Part shown: positions 11,691-24,953 of the stretch, in pieces
How the letters are laid out: each line of letters opens with the position of its first letter
How positions within the stretch are numbered: position 1 is the first letter of the stretch
Assembly: GCA_024679065.1 (NCBI GenBank)
Contig: JAGIQG010000043.1
Coordinates: forward strand, 2,728,001-2,792,000
Length of the DNA stretch: 64,000 nucleotides
Reading direction: 5' to 3'
Source: Sphyrna mokarran
Taxonomy: Eukaryota
Position numbers and translations under genes: made by a program
The notes under the pieces: model-generated
Databases searched by the model: none
Told to the model about the DNA's origin: nothing
The model's input: only the letters and a program-made list of their open reading frames with translations

Positions 11691-14669
11691 CAGAATGGTA
11701 GGATGCGATCTTTATGGAGTTTTGCCTTTTTCTCTAATTTATAATTCAGATGTTACTACTTCTAAGTTTGTGAAGCTTTGCAAGAAAGTTTCCAGTTAGC
11801 GATCAAAGGTTTCTCTGCACATGGTTACACTGCGTAGGAGTCACATCAGTCTAACTGTTTAGTCTTCAATCAAGAGGAGCAATCGGATTTGATTCAATTT
11901 GTAGTTTTACCTATTTTGTAAGTTCCATCTCCCAGACACTGGCAAAATGGGTTGCCGATTTAATAGATCTCCCATTTGACTATCCCATTCTTTTTAACGA
12001 GAACTTTGTTTATAGTATAAATATAAATGCTGGATAAAATGAGCCGTTCAGCCAGTCCGTGGAGACATAAACGCATTTTCACAGACATTCTCACTCTTCA
12101 CCATGGCGCTCAGTGTATACCAATAATTGAGCAAAGATCCTTCGACAGCACTTTCCAAACTCTCGACCACTGCCTTGTAGAAGGACTAGAGCAGCTTATG
12201 CACGAGAACACCACCATCAGCAAGTTCCCCTTCGAGCCACTCACCATCCTGCCTTGGAAATATATTGGCCGTCACTAGGCCAACATCCTGGAATTCACTC
12301 CCTAACGGCCAGTTTGTCAAACCATAGTAGGTGGACTGAAGTCTTTCAAGAAGTCAGCTCGCGTCATGAGGACCACTGAGGATGGGGAACGAATTCTGAC
12401 CATCCAGCGACCACCATATCCCAGGAATGAATTTAAAAAAAAGATCATTTTAGATTCATGTGAGTTGTGCAGAATTTGAACTTTGGTGTTGGGTTCGCTC
12501 AAACACATCTCAGTTTAGCATGAAGATCTTGGAATGAAAAAGGGATACATTGCGAGAACGCGTTACGCAGAGTAATCTTATTCCTTCCAGCGGATAAGAT
12601 GATGAGATGGTCTAATCGCCTTGTTTAAGTTTGAAAAATAATTTGATGAGTTGATGCAGCGAAAGTGTCCTCGTAAGGGGGCGGAGTAGGGGGAGGTTTC
12701 CATAACATGGGGTCAGAGCTTTTAAGTTACTGCCAGAGTGTTTAGGGGTGATGTCAGGGTGCACTTTGCCAGTGTGGACTGGTACTGTGGATCACTGTCC
12801 CCCAAGAAGATCTTGATGCCAGGATAAATGTCATTTTGTTGGATTATGTTATAGGGCCCCGTGTTCAATTCCGACTCTGGCACATGGCAAAAGACAAACA
12901 TAACAGAAAACACTTGCAATTAAATTCTAATGTATAATTAAAACCAGTTGGTGTAAAAAAAAGTCTGTGTTGACAAGTCACTCAGCTAGTTGAAAGGTAA
13001 ATAAGGATGGCCAAAACATACTGGCGAACCGGTGACGCCGCCATCCCACGAATGAACTAATTGAAGAAATAGTGAAGTTTCTCCTTTGGAAAGAAAAGGG
13101 CCTAAAGCTTCCAATGTTTGCAATATCGAAATTGCAACGGATATACATCATCACCTCAATGAAACGTCCTTTGAATTTCACTTTCATAATGAACTATTTA
13201 TTTTATTCAGAAGGCCAATGTCATTTACATCAATTGATGTATCGATTCATCAACTGATTTTGTTTATGCTTCACGCTGCCTCCGAAAAATAGCGAGGTTA
13301 TCCAAGGACCCCACTTACCACGGACAAACTCTCTTCCACCTTCTTCCATCAGTAAAAAAATACAGAAGATCATGTACCAACCAACTTAAGAACAGCATCT
13401 TCCCTGCTGCCAACAGGCTTTTGAATGAACATACTATTATTACGTGTTGTTTCTCTACACCTATGACTGTAACAATGCATTCTGCACCCTCTCCTAACCT
13501 TCTCCCCTATGTACTCTCTGAAATGTATGTTTTGTCAGCAAGAAGAAATAATTTTCAGTGTATCCCAATCCATGTAACAATAATAAATCAAATCAAACCA
13601 AATTTAATCAAACATCTCCAAAAAACAATTCTCTCTTCCCATGATCTCTTCATTAAAAAATACACATTATTTCCAGGACAACAGGCCACTGTCACAGTGT
13701 TAGTAAACTACACCAGCCTCCTCCGATCCACATTCTGCCCATCCCCCCACAACATGTTCTATTGTTATCTCCCTCCTGTGTTGATCCAATTTCCCCCTAA
13801 ATGAGTATCTGATATTCTACTTAACCAAACCCTGTTGTACGGAGTTCCACATTCTATGCTATTTCTGGGAAAGGTATTTCTCTTGAACTTAACATTGGAT
13901 CCATGAGGGAATAACGAGTGCTGGGAGTCCAATGTTCTTGTGTCCCCTCACTTTCTATACGTATACCCTTTTGAATCTTTCATACATTCCAAGATCTATT
14001 TTAGGTCACCCCGCACGCCCCCACCCCCAAGTCGAACAAAGAACAAAGAACAACACAACACAGCACGGGATACAGGCCGTTCGGCCCAACGAGCCCGCGC
14101 CGCCATTTTAACATTGTGAGTGCCCTCTTCGACCTATGACCTTTGTCTACGCTTACTGGACTTCACAATAAAGGAATCATAACCAGATTGAGGGATGACT
14201 AATTTAGGGACAATTTGCTCATGCTCATGCTAATATCATAACATTACATGACTACATTACTGATATCAATATAGTCAAGTTGTTGCCCACAGTTAAACGT
14301 TACCCATCCCTTCTATATAGGCATACTGTAACCTGGTAATCGAGATCCAATGAACACATTTGGACAGTTTGGACTCACAAATGCAATGTTTGATTTTGGA
14401 AACATTGTGTAACGTATTGGTTCTTTGGATGCTCTCCTTTCTGCTCAAACCCAAATGAAAATGCACAATGCATTACAAAAAAATACATAAGATTGAAATA
14501 TGTACGTCGAGACTCTGCAGCAATTAGATAGGACCAAATGTCAGAGTTCTCTTGACATGGTGCAAGTTCCATGAGGCGTTAAGAATGCCCAGTAGGTGGT
14601 AAGCCGTGCCCCTTTACTCCTTGTTATTGATAACGCAGCCAGAAACGAAATTTGGCATGGCAGTCCTTT

Positions 14670-15240
14670 GGGCAGACTCCACCAACGCCCTTGCTTTTTA
14701 AGGAGGCTAAGGAAATTCGGCAAGTCCGCTTTGACTTTAATCAAATGTTAATGATGCAGTGCAATAAAGCATCTTTTCCGGATGGTTCAAATCTTAGTCT
14801 GGTTCCTGCCCCTACCAAGATCGCAAGGCACTACTACCAAAGATGATATATTAAGCCCAGTCCAATGCACAAAGCAACATCTTTTCCAAGGCAGCGGAAG
14901 ACACTTTTCCAAGACACTTTCGGCTGATTTGGAAAATCAGCCAGCAGAAGCAAAGATCCTTTGTACCCTGGACATACACTTTTCTACCTCCTCCTGTCGG
15001 AAAAATAGATACAAATGTCTGAGGTCACTGACCGAGAACAGTTTCTTCCCTGCTGCCGTCAGACTTTTGACCTCTATTATATTAAGTTCATCTTTCCCTG
15101 CGCCTCAGCTACGACTGTAACATTACACTGTGCACTCTCCTTTCATTCTCTATAAACGGTATGCTTTGGCTGCATTGCGTGCAAGAAACAATCCTTTTCA
15201 CTGTATACAAATACATATGACAGTAATAAATCAAATCATA
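14670..15240 (+). mobile_element. Rex1/Babar-type LINE 3' fragment
   Basis: FLRRLRKFG and NSFFPAAVRL remnants, with the same 3' tail as 38330-39530. Confidence 0.6.
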
Positions 15241-16282
15241 CATTCAGGCTTTCTTCAAATCAAGAGGAAACAGATGAAACGATCTTAACTGCGTCATATC
15301 CCGGAAACAGATCGTGAGATCTTAGTTGTAGATGCTCCCGTTGCCACCGTTTATGCCAATAGATAACTCCTCCATGCCAACCAGCCCATGTGACAATGCA
15401 CCTTGTATGTTCATCCAAGCGACAGAGTCCGGATTGCTGGGGTCTGTGGCAAAACTGCGTGATACAGAATACCTGAAAGAGACAAGGTTATCGCTGCCTT
15501 TTCTGCTACTGCAGGAAAGAGCATTATTCCTCTGAAGGATGGCAACAAAAAAATATGACATACACCATCCTTTCATCAACAAATCACACTGAGTTCAAAT
15601 GTTGATGGCTAGATTTGAACCAATAACCGGAACAAGGGAAGAAGAGGAACAATGCCAAGCAATGAAGGGTAATGTGTTTTGCTAATTGCAGCACAACAGC
15701 TGCGATTGCAAAGTTGGAAAGGAAAAAAAAATAGAACGAGGGGCACCGTAGTATTACCCAGCTAATACATCATAGAACGCTCGAGTGCAGGAAGAGTTCC
15801 TTCAGCCCATTGAGTCTGTACCGAACACAATCCCACCCAGGCCCTATCGCCATTTATTATACCCACCAATCCTCTAAACTACACCTAAGGGGCAATTTGT
15901 TAGCATGGCCAATCAACCTAACGAGCACATCTTTGGACTGTGGGACTGATACGAGGAGAACGTGCAAACTCCACACAGACTGTGACCCGAGCCGGGGATC
16001 GAACCCAGGACCCTGGAGCTGTAGAAGCAGCAGTGCTAAGCACTGTGCTACTGTACTGCCCAAACTCTCGCCTTTTCCCTGTAATATTTGATTCTCTTAT
16101 CAATCAAAAACGCATCAATCTGTTAAATATTTGTTAAAGACCTGACCTCCAGAGTCTTCTGCGGCAATGAATTCCACAGATACACCACTCTCTGGCTGAA
16201 GACATTGCTCCTCATCTCATATCTTAATACACTCGCATGAGTGCCTTTTCCGAGTCTTTATGTCGCTCGTCGACGTTTTGGT

Positions 16283-16460
16283 CTACCACTAGCAGAGCCT
16301 CAGCCGGGGTCTTCTTGATCTTGAGTTACCACTAGCAGAGCCCCAGCCGGGGTCTGCTTGATCTTACCAATTGTGGCACGCAGAACCCCAGCCGGGGCCT
16401 GCTTGATCCTTATCTGTGGCTCGCAGAGCTCCAGCCGGGGTCTACTTGATGTCAATTGTG
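16283..16460. repeat. Four copies of a 43-45-nt tandem repeat
   Basis: cagccgggg at 16301, 16344, 16389 and 16432. Confidence 0.85.
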
Positions 16461-19400
16461 GCTCGGTTGGATACCCTGCTAAGAGTGTTAATTCGCTGGG
16501 TAGTGAGCTGGTACTGTCCTCCCTGATCTTATTGGGCATTTAGAGCCTATTTGTCGGTACTTTGTGATCAGTGCTCGGCTCTCTTGCATGAGGAGGTAAT
16601 TTAGAAATTTAAGGGATAAGTTTAGACCGAAATCAGGGAAGCCAGATTAGGTGACGTGACAATTTTGTCATAGCCAATTAACCTAGTTAACACATTTTTG
16701 GGAATGTGGGAGGAAACCGGAGTACCCGGGGAAAACCCACGCAAACACGGGGAGAAAGTGCAAACTCCCCCAGCCACAAGGCCCAGGTCGGGAACCGACC
16801 CTGGGTCCAAGTAGCCGGCCAACCAACAGTGCTACTCACTGGGCTGACGTGTTGCCCATACGTACCGCGACACCTAGGGTGGATATCGGTGTCATTGCCA
16901 TCCTCTGGTAGTGATCATCAGAGACGAGACGGGGCACAACGTCCCTTCTCCGCGTCACTCCAGGCTCGGTTCGTTCGTCTCACCCTCTGTACCGAATCGT
17001 GTGGGTAGGGGTTCGCAGGTGCTTCTACTACCTAGACAGCCGTGACCGCATCCGCCAGCGGTTCACCAACTATCCCCGGGACAAGCCAGAACTTGTCGAG
17101 ACTTTTTTCTTTGACTGATTACCGGGTTTAGGCATATAAGCGTGTTGGCTGTTCTCTGCCAGTCAAATTCCTCCAGACCTTCTCCTGCCGGCTGGAAGGC
17201 CTGTGTTCCCTGCGGGACCATCGGTAAGGGATGACTCACTGTGGTCTAGAACGCCAAGAATACCACAGCTACGCAATACACACCACAGTCCACTCCAGCG
17301 GTACCACACTTGGATGGCAGCAGTCCAAGTTGTCGAAAGTAGTGGTCATGGACCTGGCATGCATCGCCCCCGCTATTTGTTTCTCGACCAGTCACGGAAT
17401 ACCCTCTCTTGTGCCCAAGGAGACGGTACCAGGTGGCTCCCGTGGAAGGGATTGACTCACTGTGGGTAGAAACCAGAAGACCCGCACAGTTACGGGAGTG
17501 GCTTTTAACGCCTTTTTTTCGGCTTACCAATCCATCTATCCACCTGTCTGTAATTGCAGCCTGGCAGGGCATCCAGACATACAACTACTCCGCGTCGATT
17601 CTGGGACAGCTGCTTTAGCCGCCACCACGATAGAGGGGCGGTGACGTTGCCTGGCGGGACTGACGTGGAGGCGCAGCTCACTGTGCAGCAGAAACGACAA
17701 GACACGCACAGCTAAAGTAACCAAGAAACCTCAAGAGAGTCCCCCCAAGAGAGTCCTCCCCTTAAGAGAGTCATAGTTACTCCCGCCATTAAGAAATGCC
17801 CAGTTACTCCGAGAGGTGCCCTCGGATCCTAGTCATTGCCGCTAATGGAAGCATCTTCTATACGCCACTCGATCCAGGCGTTTTAGTATTCTGCAAATTT
17901 CAATAAGATCCCCTCACCCTTCTAAACTCCATTGAGTACAAACCCATTGCCCTCAAACGCTCCTCATATTGTCCGGTAGATGTAACCTTCCAGTTCTCCC
18001 AGGACCTCTGTAAATCTCACCTATCCCTTTATTAATAAAGCCTTCTTCTGCAATGTAGGGATTCTATGTATCTTAAACCTTTTCAATAAAGTTACATCCT
18101 TCAAGTAATTAGATGACTTCAACTCCACAGAGTATGCATGTTGTGGAGACCTGAGTGACCTGCATTCAGCTCCACTCTTAGAACACCCACTCAAGCCCTC
18201 TTCTCCCTCAGACCCACAACACAGGACCATTTTCCCTCGCATCTTCCAGTTCATCTCTTTCCCTACTCAGATCTCGTACTCAGCCCTCTTCCGGCCCATG
18301 TCTATCCACACCATCCAGTTTGTACGGTGAGGCCTTTGCCCTTTGTCCTCCCTATTTGTACCATCCCCTTCTGTCCCCATCATTCCTGCCTTCACACCAC
18401 CTGCAGAATCCTTTTGGATTTGTGGAAAGTGGCAAAGGCCAAAATGGTCTTTCAGTCAGAGGTGTGAACCTCCGGGGAAGTTGGGCTCCAGTGAATGAAT
18501 GACACTGGCATTGTTTAGAATCCGAACTTCCAACATGCTCTTTGCTAAGACTGAGCAAATTTCAAGGGGCGTTAATGTCCAATGAGATCTGGATAAGAAA
18601 GGAAGGAACAGCTGGCATGATGAGATAGGAGCACCATCCTTTATCTAGCTTTCTCTGTGTGTCTCAGGGCTGCGGCAGGTACTAATATGGATAACCTGGA
18701 AACATTTCTTCCAGTGGGTGCTGTGGAGTCTGACCCTTGCATAAACTTACCCTTCCCATTCCTGCCCCTGATCTGATGCAGGACTGCGAATGAAGGGAGT
18801 TCCGGGAGGTGTTCCAACATCCAACACACAGTTAGAGTTTGATCAGTGTGACGTTAGTGTTCCTTTAAGAAAAGATTTTTTTATTTAAATCATGATCTCT
18901 GCAGTTCTCACAGTTAGTGTTTCTCAGCTCGCTGCCTTAGGTGATGTTATTGGTGGGAGGAGAGAAAAAAGTGTGCCGATCAGGTGACAAGGACTGGTTT
19001 TAAATTGTTTTGGCTGCTGTGTTATAAGCATAGCCAAATGAAGTCTCTCTGTCTTCTGTTTTATTTTATTTATTGGTCAATAGAAACATTTGATGCAGCG
19101 TTATAATTGAAGAGGAATTGATTTTATTTACGTAAAAGAATTTTCAAACAATTAACAATCGCATCAGTAACTTGAGTTACAGAATATGCCATTGAAGATT
19201 AAGAGAATAAAAAGAAGGAATTACTTAGCGTGTTACTTCATACTTGCAAGACCTTAATAATGTAGAATATCTTCCAGAATGCTGAAGAAACTCATTACAC
19301 ATCTGACAACATGAGCCAGTCTTTCTAGTCTGTGGCCAGTATGCGAGGAATTTTTAGCAGTTTGACGGGGATGTACTTGCTCCCATGTTGATTTCCACAG

Positions 19401-19465
19401 GGCAGGACATACATTGGTGATTCCAGTCTCCTGTATAATACATCACAGACAAAACTCCCCGATTC

Positions 19466-19543
19466 TCATTTCCCGATCTTCTTTTTTGACCTTTTTTCCA
19501 ATGCAGCCAAATCCAGGGAGGCGTAGAGAGGTCCACCCTGAGA
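19466..19543 (-). CDS. Gene A exon 9: terminal exon SQGGPLYASLDLAALEKRSKKKIGK* with ITIM-like YxxL
   Basis: tttcccag| phase 0, TGA at 19466-19468. The LYASLD motif is typical of immune receptor tails. AATAAA occurs on the minus strand near 19060-19074. Confidence 0.78.
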   Translation of the reverse strand, partial: SQGGPLYASLDLAALEKRSKKKIGK

Positions 19544-19638
19544 CTGGGAAATATATTCAACAGAAACGATTAAAATAAAGGTCTGTTTCCCAGAAGTCAT
19601 TTGAATGTATTTTATTGCAAGTGCTTCATTGCACTCAC

Positions 19639-19688
19639 CTGTATTCTACGCTGCGTTTTCAAGTTCGTCGCTGTTTGACCGTGATCCC
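19639..19688 (-). CDS. Gene A exon 8: cytoplasmic (RDHGQTATNLKTQRRIQ)
   Basis: acacag| 50 nt CAG|gtgagt, phase 1-0, open frame. Confidence 0.7.
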
Positions 19689-20929
19689 CTGTGTGTTAAG
19701 AGTTAAACTATGAATTGAAATGTCACCCAAGCTGTAGAATCTATAAGTATATAGAAACATCGCGCGCTAATGACAGCCTGTATATCAACAGTTTGAAGTC
19801 TATTTAATAGAGTCACAAGTAGGCTTATATTAACTCTGCAAGGAAGTTACTGTAAGAATTTCCTCCTCGTCACATCCCGGTGCTGGTTTAGATGCACTGA
19901 TGGAGAATTTAGCATCGCCAACGCATCTAAATAGCACATCGTTTGGACTGTGGGTGGAGCACCCGGAAGAAACACCCGCACACAGGGAGAACATACAAAC
20001 TCGGCATAGACAGATGCCCAAGCCAGGAACCGAACCAAGGTCCCTGATGTTGCGGGAGAGCAGTGCGAACCACTGTGCCACCGTGCCGCTGCAATAGGTT
20101 GCTGGGCTACAATCATTAACATACAGCCCACCTAAATTTCGTCAACACGATAGATATTCCACAATTCTTCACATTAGATATGACATTGTAGGTGAAGGGG
20201 ACCAAAGGATGAGGGGAGAAGGCGCGGTCAGGCTATTGAATTGGGTGATCAGCCATGATCATGGTGAATGGCGAAGTAGGAGCAAAGGACAGGCTGGTGC
20301 CTTCCTGCTCTTATTTTGAATGTGTCTATGCCAAGTGGCCAATGGATGAATGAGGGAGATCTCACACCATTATCTGTGTCTTGTTGTCCACCACAGGGCG
20401 GCACCGTAGCACAGTGGTTAGCACTGCTGCTTCACAGCCCCAGGGACCTGAGTTCGATTCCTTGGATTACTGCCTGTGAAGAGTTTGCACAACCCCCTCT
20501 TGTTTGCGTGGGTTTCCTCCGTGTGCTCTGTTTTCCTTCCACAGTCCAACGATATGCGGCCTAGGTTGATTGGCCGTGCTAGACTTCCTCCTTAGTGTCC
20601 CAAGATGCGTATATTAGACTGGATAGCGGGCGAATATTGGGGTAGGAGCTGAGTGGAATGGTGTTCAGTACAGACTCGGTGGACCAAATGACCTCTTTCT
20701 GTACTGTAGGGTTTCTATGATCTGTGTCAACATCAACAATTTCCCCATTTATGAAACCAACCGCTGCAAGATTGATTGTTGCTTTTGCTGAAGATAAGGA
20801 ACGCACGCCGTGGACAGAAATAGCAAGTGCACACATTATGGTTAATCCAACTAAACAAAGGAGAGGACAGCCATTGCCTGGTTCATTCCTCGGGCCAATG
20901 CTTTGACCAATCAGTGAAACGACCTCTTT

Positions 20930-21575
20930 TAACTATCTAGCAGGAAGTTAATAAGGCAAATGTCATGTTGTCATTGATAGACTGAGGATTTGAGAACAGG
21001 AATGAGACATTTTACTACAATTGTACAGGGCGTTGGTGAGAAGCGATATATGGAGTTTTGGAATCCTTATCTGAGGAATGATGTCCTTACTATAGAGGGT
21101 GACTGTTTATCAACTGATTTCTGGTTGGTGGGTCTGTTTTTTAACGAGAGACTAAGTCGATACGATTGTATTGACTGGAGATAAGAAGATTGAGAGGGGA
21201 CTTCAAGGAACCTTATAAAATTCTGAAAGAACTCGATAGGGTAGATTGAGAAGCAATGTTGCCGATAGTTAAGGTGTCCAGAACAAGGGATAATAGTTTG
21301 AGGTTATAGGGGAAACCTTTTAGATGTAAAATGAGGAGAAATGTCTTCCCCTAGAGGGTGGTGAATATATGGATTCATACCACAGAATATAGTTGAGGCC
21401 AAAACGTTATGTGATTTCCGGAAAAAAATAAATACAGTTCTTGGGATTAAAGTGATCAAATGGTATGGGGGAAAGGAGGATCAGATTGTTGAATTTGATT
21501 ATCAGTCATTGTCATAATGAATAGCGAGCAGGTTCGAAGGGCCGAATGGCATACTCCTTCTTCTAGATTCCATGT
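20930..21575 (+). mobile_element. Old degraded CR1 3' fragment
   Basis: Decayed ORF2 C-terminus and 3'UTR. Confidence 0.7.
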
Positions 21576-21977
21576 TAACAAATGTCGGCAGATAATTGGC
21601 AATTATCAGTTAACTGGAGCACTCTCCATAAAAATGCTGCAACCAATCAAAATCATTTTGCAAAACAGGTAAATTGTCTTTTCAGGAAGAATGCATAACT
21701 GTTTCCATTATATATGCTACTCTTGTGTTATTTTTTGTGCGAATGAATACAAGGCCAAACGCCTCGATGATATGTTTTTGTTTGACAAAGCTCAAGTACT
21801 CCATTTATTCAAATTTTCTGTCAAACATGCCTCAGCAGTTAACCGTCAGTACAAAACAACTGGTGCATGCACCATAGAAACGCCTCTAATAATCAATTTC
21901 CACTTCATTTTTTTTTAAATTCTGACATTTAAATTGACCAACATTTCACAGAAACCTACCCATTTGTTGTTCCTTAC

Positions 21978-22006
21978 GTCCCTCTCGATGCCTTCTCTTG
22001 CTGAAG
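21978..22006 (-). CDS. Gene A exon 7: cytoplasmic microexon (FSKRRHREG)
   Basis: attttag| 29 nt |gtaagg. Phase 2-1 complements exon 6 exactly. Confidence 0.65.
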
Positions 22007-22242
22007 CTAAAATTGAATGTTGCAAAAGAACGCCAAACAAATGTTATATCTGGGCTATCAAATCTCAGATGCATGCACATTTTTGAAAGTAGGATTGTCC
22101 AATGGTCTGATATAAATCATAGAAAATAGAGGCACACATCGTGGAATCAGTTTTCGGATTGAAATAGGTCTGACAAAATATAAGACAGAGAAAGACGGGA
22201 CAATGAACAATGTTGAAATTTACACACTGTTCTCGTACTCAC

Positions 22243-22273
22243 GTGTCATTCTGGGATCCTATTTCTCTGTTTT
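22243..22273 (-). CDS. Gene A exon 6: cytoplasmic microexon (ENREIGSQNDT)
   Basis: tattttag| 31 nt |gtgagt, phase 1-2, open frame. Confidence 0.7.
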
Positions 22274-22376
22274 CTAAAATAGAAGAGCGTACGATTAGCT
22301 AATTAAAAACTGCAAAGAGGAAATCATATTGAGGAAAAAAGATATTAAAGTGTCTCAGATAACCATTAATCCTCGC

Positions 22377-22478
22377 CTGATCTGCCGTGTTTACAAATCC
22401 AAATGGAAATAAGGACTGACAGCAGAATCAATATGACCAGGACAGTGATTCCAACAGGAACCGTCTCTCTGCACCACT
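22377..22478 (-). CDS. Gene A exon 5: stalk Cys plus transmembrane (EWCRETVPVGITVLVILILLSVLISIWICKHGRS)
   Basis: Poly-T tract and tatag| acceptor, 102 nt, phase 1, ~23-aa hydrophobic run followed by KHGR. The donor is non-canonical (CAG|gcgag). Confidence 0.85.
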
Positions 22479-22734
22479 CTATAGAGAAAAAAAACACACT
22501 TAAAAACTGCCATCGGTCACATCATTCTTTTCCGGGGTTCTCCGAACAAGTTAAACGTGCAGAGTCAGCAAAATGGGGAGTGAATGTGGAAAATGAAACA
22601 TAGCTGGTGGGATGGAAAGTGGAGAATGAACACGCAAAATGGAATTGATGAGACAATATTTGCCTGTGGAGAGCAATTAGATGACAGCACTGTCAGAGTT
22701 GTCCTAAATTCACAGTGTATCAGATTGTATTAGA

Positions 22735-23530
22735 CCATAAGATCAGGAGACAGCATCAGAATTAGGTCTCTCTGCCTTTGATTCTGCACCACCATTCCAT
22801 TATAGCTGACATGTTTCTCACCCCCATTCTCCTGCCTTTTCCCCATAACCCCGATCCCCTTATTAATCAAGAAACTACCTATCTTTGTTTTAAAGATACT
22901 CAATGACATGGTTTCTTCAGCGTTCTGCGGCAAAGAGTTCTACCGACTCTCCACCCTCTGCTGATTCCTCCTCATCTCTCTTTTAGAGGATCTCAATACA
23001 CGAGACAATAATAAATCAAATCAAGTCATATAATTATTGAGTTTACAGTATGGAAACAGGCCCTTTGGCCCAATTTCTCCATGCCATCTTTTTTTCTTAA
23101 TCCCTAAGCTCGTCCCACTTGCCCGCATGTGGCCCATCTCCCTCTATACCCATCGTATGCATGTAACTACCTAAATGTTTTTTCAAGGATAAAATTGTAC
23201 CCCCTCTAATACTACATCTGGCAGTTTGTTCCAGATACTTACCATCCTCTGTTTGAAAAAAAATGCGCCCCCTGATATTTTTGTATCTCTGCCCTATCAC
23301 ATTAAAGTTATGCCATCAAGTTTTAGACGCCCCAATCGTTGGGAAAAAAAAGTATTGACTAATTACCTTGTCTATGTCGGTTATTATTTAATAAACCTCT
23401 ACAAAGTGAGCCCTCAGCCCCCCTACGCTCCAGTAAATAAAAATCAAGTTTATTCAGCCTCTCCTTATAAGTCAATTCATCAAGACCCAGTGGCATCCTA
23501 GTAAATCTTTTCTGCACTCTTTCTAGTTTT
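22735..23530 (-). mobile_element. Two old CR1 3' fragments
   Basis: LERVQKRFTRM..LERR remnants and 3'UTRs. Confidence 0.7.
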
Positions 23531-23639
23531 AGTCTATGTACTCTAAGAATGATATGCTTGTCTGTTGTAGCGTGTAAGAAACAACACTTTTCAATGTATC
23601 CCAAGCATGTGACAATAATAAATCAAATCAAATCTAAGT

Positions 23640-24535
23640 ACTCGAAGGTCGGTGGTGTTGTGGATGGTCTGGAGGGATGTCAAAAGTTGCAGCAGGACAT
23701 CGACAGGATGCAAGACTGGGCGGAGAAGTGGCAGATGGACTTCAACGTGGATAAATGTGTTGTGGTCCATTTTGGCAGATCCAACGGGATGAATGAGTAC
23801 ACTATCAAAGGTAGGAGTCTCAGCTGTGTGGAAGAGCAGAGTGATCTTGGGGTCCGGGTCCATAAGACTCTCAAATCGGCCTCCCAGGTGGAGGATGTGG
23901 TTAAGAAAGCTTACGGTGTACTGGCCTTCATTCATCGAGGGATTGAGTTCAGGAGTCAGGAGGTAATGCTGCAGCTTTATAGGACCCTTGTCAGACCACA
24001 CTTGGAGTACTGTGCGCAGTTCTGGTCGCCTCACTATAGGAAGGACGTGGAAGCTATTGAAAGGGTGCAGAGGAGATTTACAAGGATGTTGCCTGGATTG
24101 GGAGGCATGCCTTATGAAGACAGGTTGAGGGAGCTGGAACTGTTCTCCCTGGAGAGACGAAGGTTGAGAGGCGACCTGATAGAGGTTTACAAGATGTTGA
24201 GAGGATTAGATAGGGTGGACTCTCAGAGACTATTTCCCAGGGCTGAAATGGTCGCGACGAGAGGGCACAGATTTAAGGTGCAGGGAAGCAAGTACAGAGG
24301 GGATGCTAGGGGCATGTTTTTCACTCAGAGGGTGGTGAGTGAATGGAATCGGCTGCCGTCGGTGGTGGTCGAGGCGAACTCGCTGGGGTCTTTTAAAAGA
24401 CTTCTGGATGAGTATATGGGATCCAATGGGATTGGGGGTTATAGATAGGTCTATGGCTGGGTAGGTTTTGATGTGTTCGGCACAACTTGTGGGCCGAAGG
24501 GCCTGTTTGTGCTGTAGTGTTCTATGTTCTATGTA
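23640..24535 (+). mobile_element. Young CR1 3' fragment (second subfamily) in gene A intron 4
   Basis: ORF 23549-24448 (KVGGVVD..PHLEYCAQFWSPHY..) and a tail. Confidence 0.95.
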
Positions 24536-24932
24536 ATCTATGAACAGTATTCTTTATCTTTCAAATGCGCAAGAAACAGCACTTTCTACATTATCCCAAA
24601 ACATGTGACAATAATAAATCAAATCAAGTCAAATCAAGTTGATGGAGACTGATACTTAACTGTCATTCATGCCGTCATTGTTACTTTTTCAAATCTATTT
24701 AAATTGATGCCCTCCTCAGCCCATCGATCCCACTTCCATACAATCATGGGTGATTAATAATGATTTTTAGAATTACTGACATCATGTTGCAAACGTTAAT
24801 GCACTTGTATTGAGAAGGCATCCTGGAACAAAGTGAGGTAAATTAATTCATCTCCCTTCTGGCAAAGATGTCAATTTCACCTCTTGTCTATGGTCAGTTT
24901 GTGAGGTGCCTGCAGTATATAACTGATCTCAC

Positions 24933-24953
24933 CTTCATTCCCAGATTCACTTC
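24933..24953 (-). CDS. Gene A exon 4: 21-nt stalk microexon (GSESGNE)
   Basis: ttttcag|GAAGTGAATCTGGGAATGAAG|gtgag, phase 1-1, open frame, lying between the C1 and TM exons. Confidence 0.65.

Noticed and set aside
15260-15472. Strong minus-strand acceptor (tctctttcag) followed by open frames; possible alternative last exon of gene A
   Set aside because: No recognisable motif or homolog in the window, and gene A already has a well-formed terminal exon.
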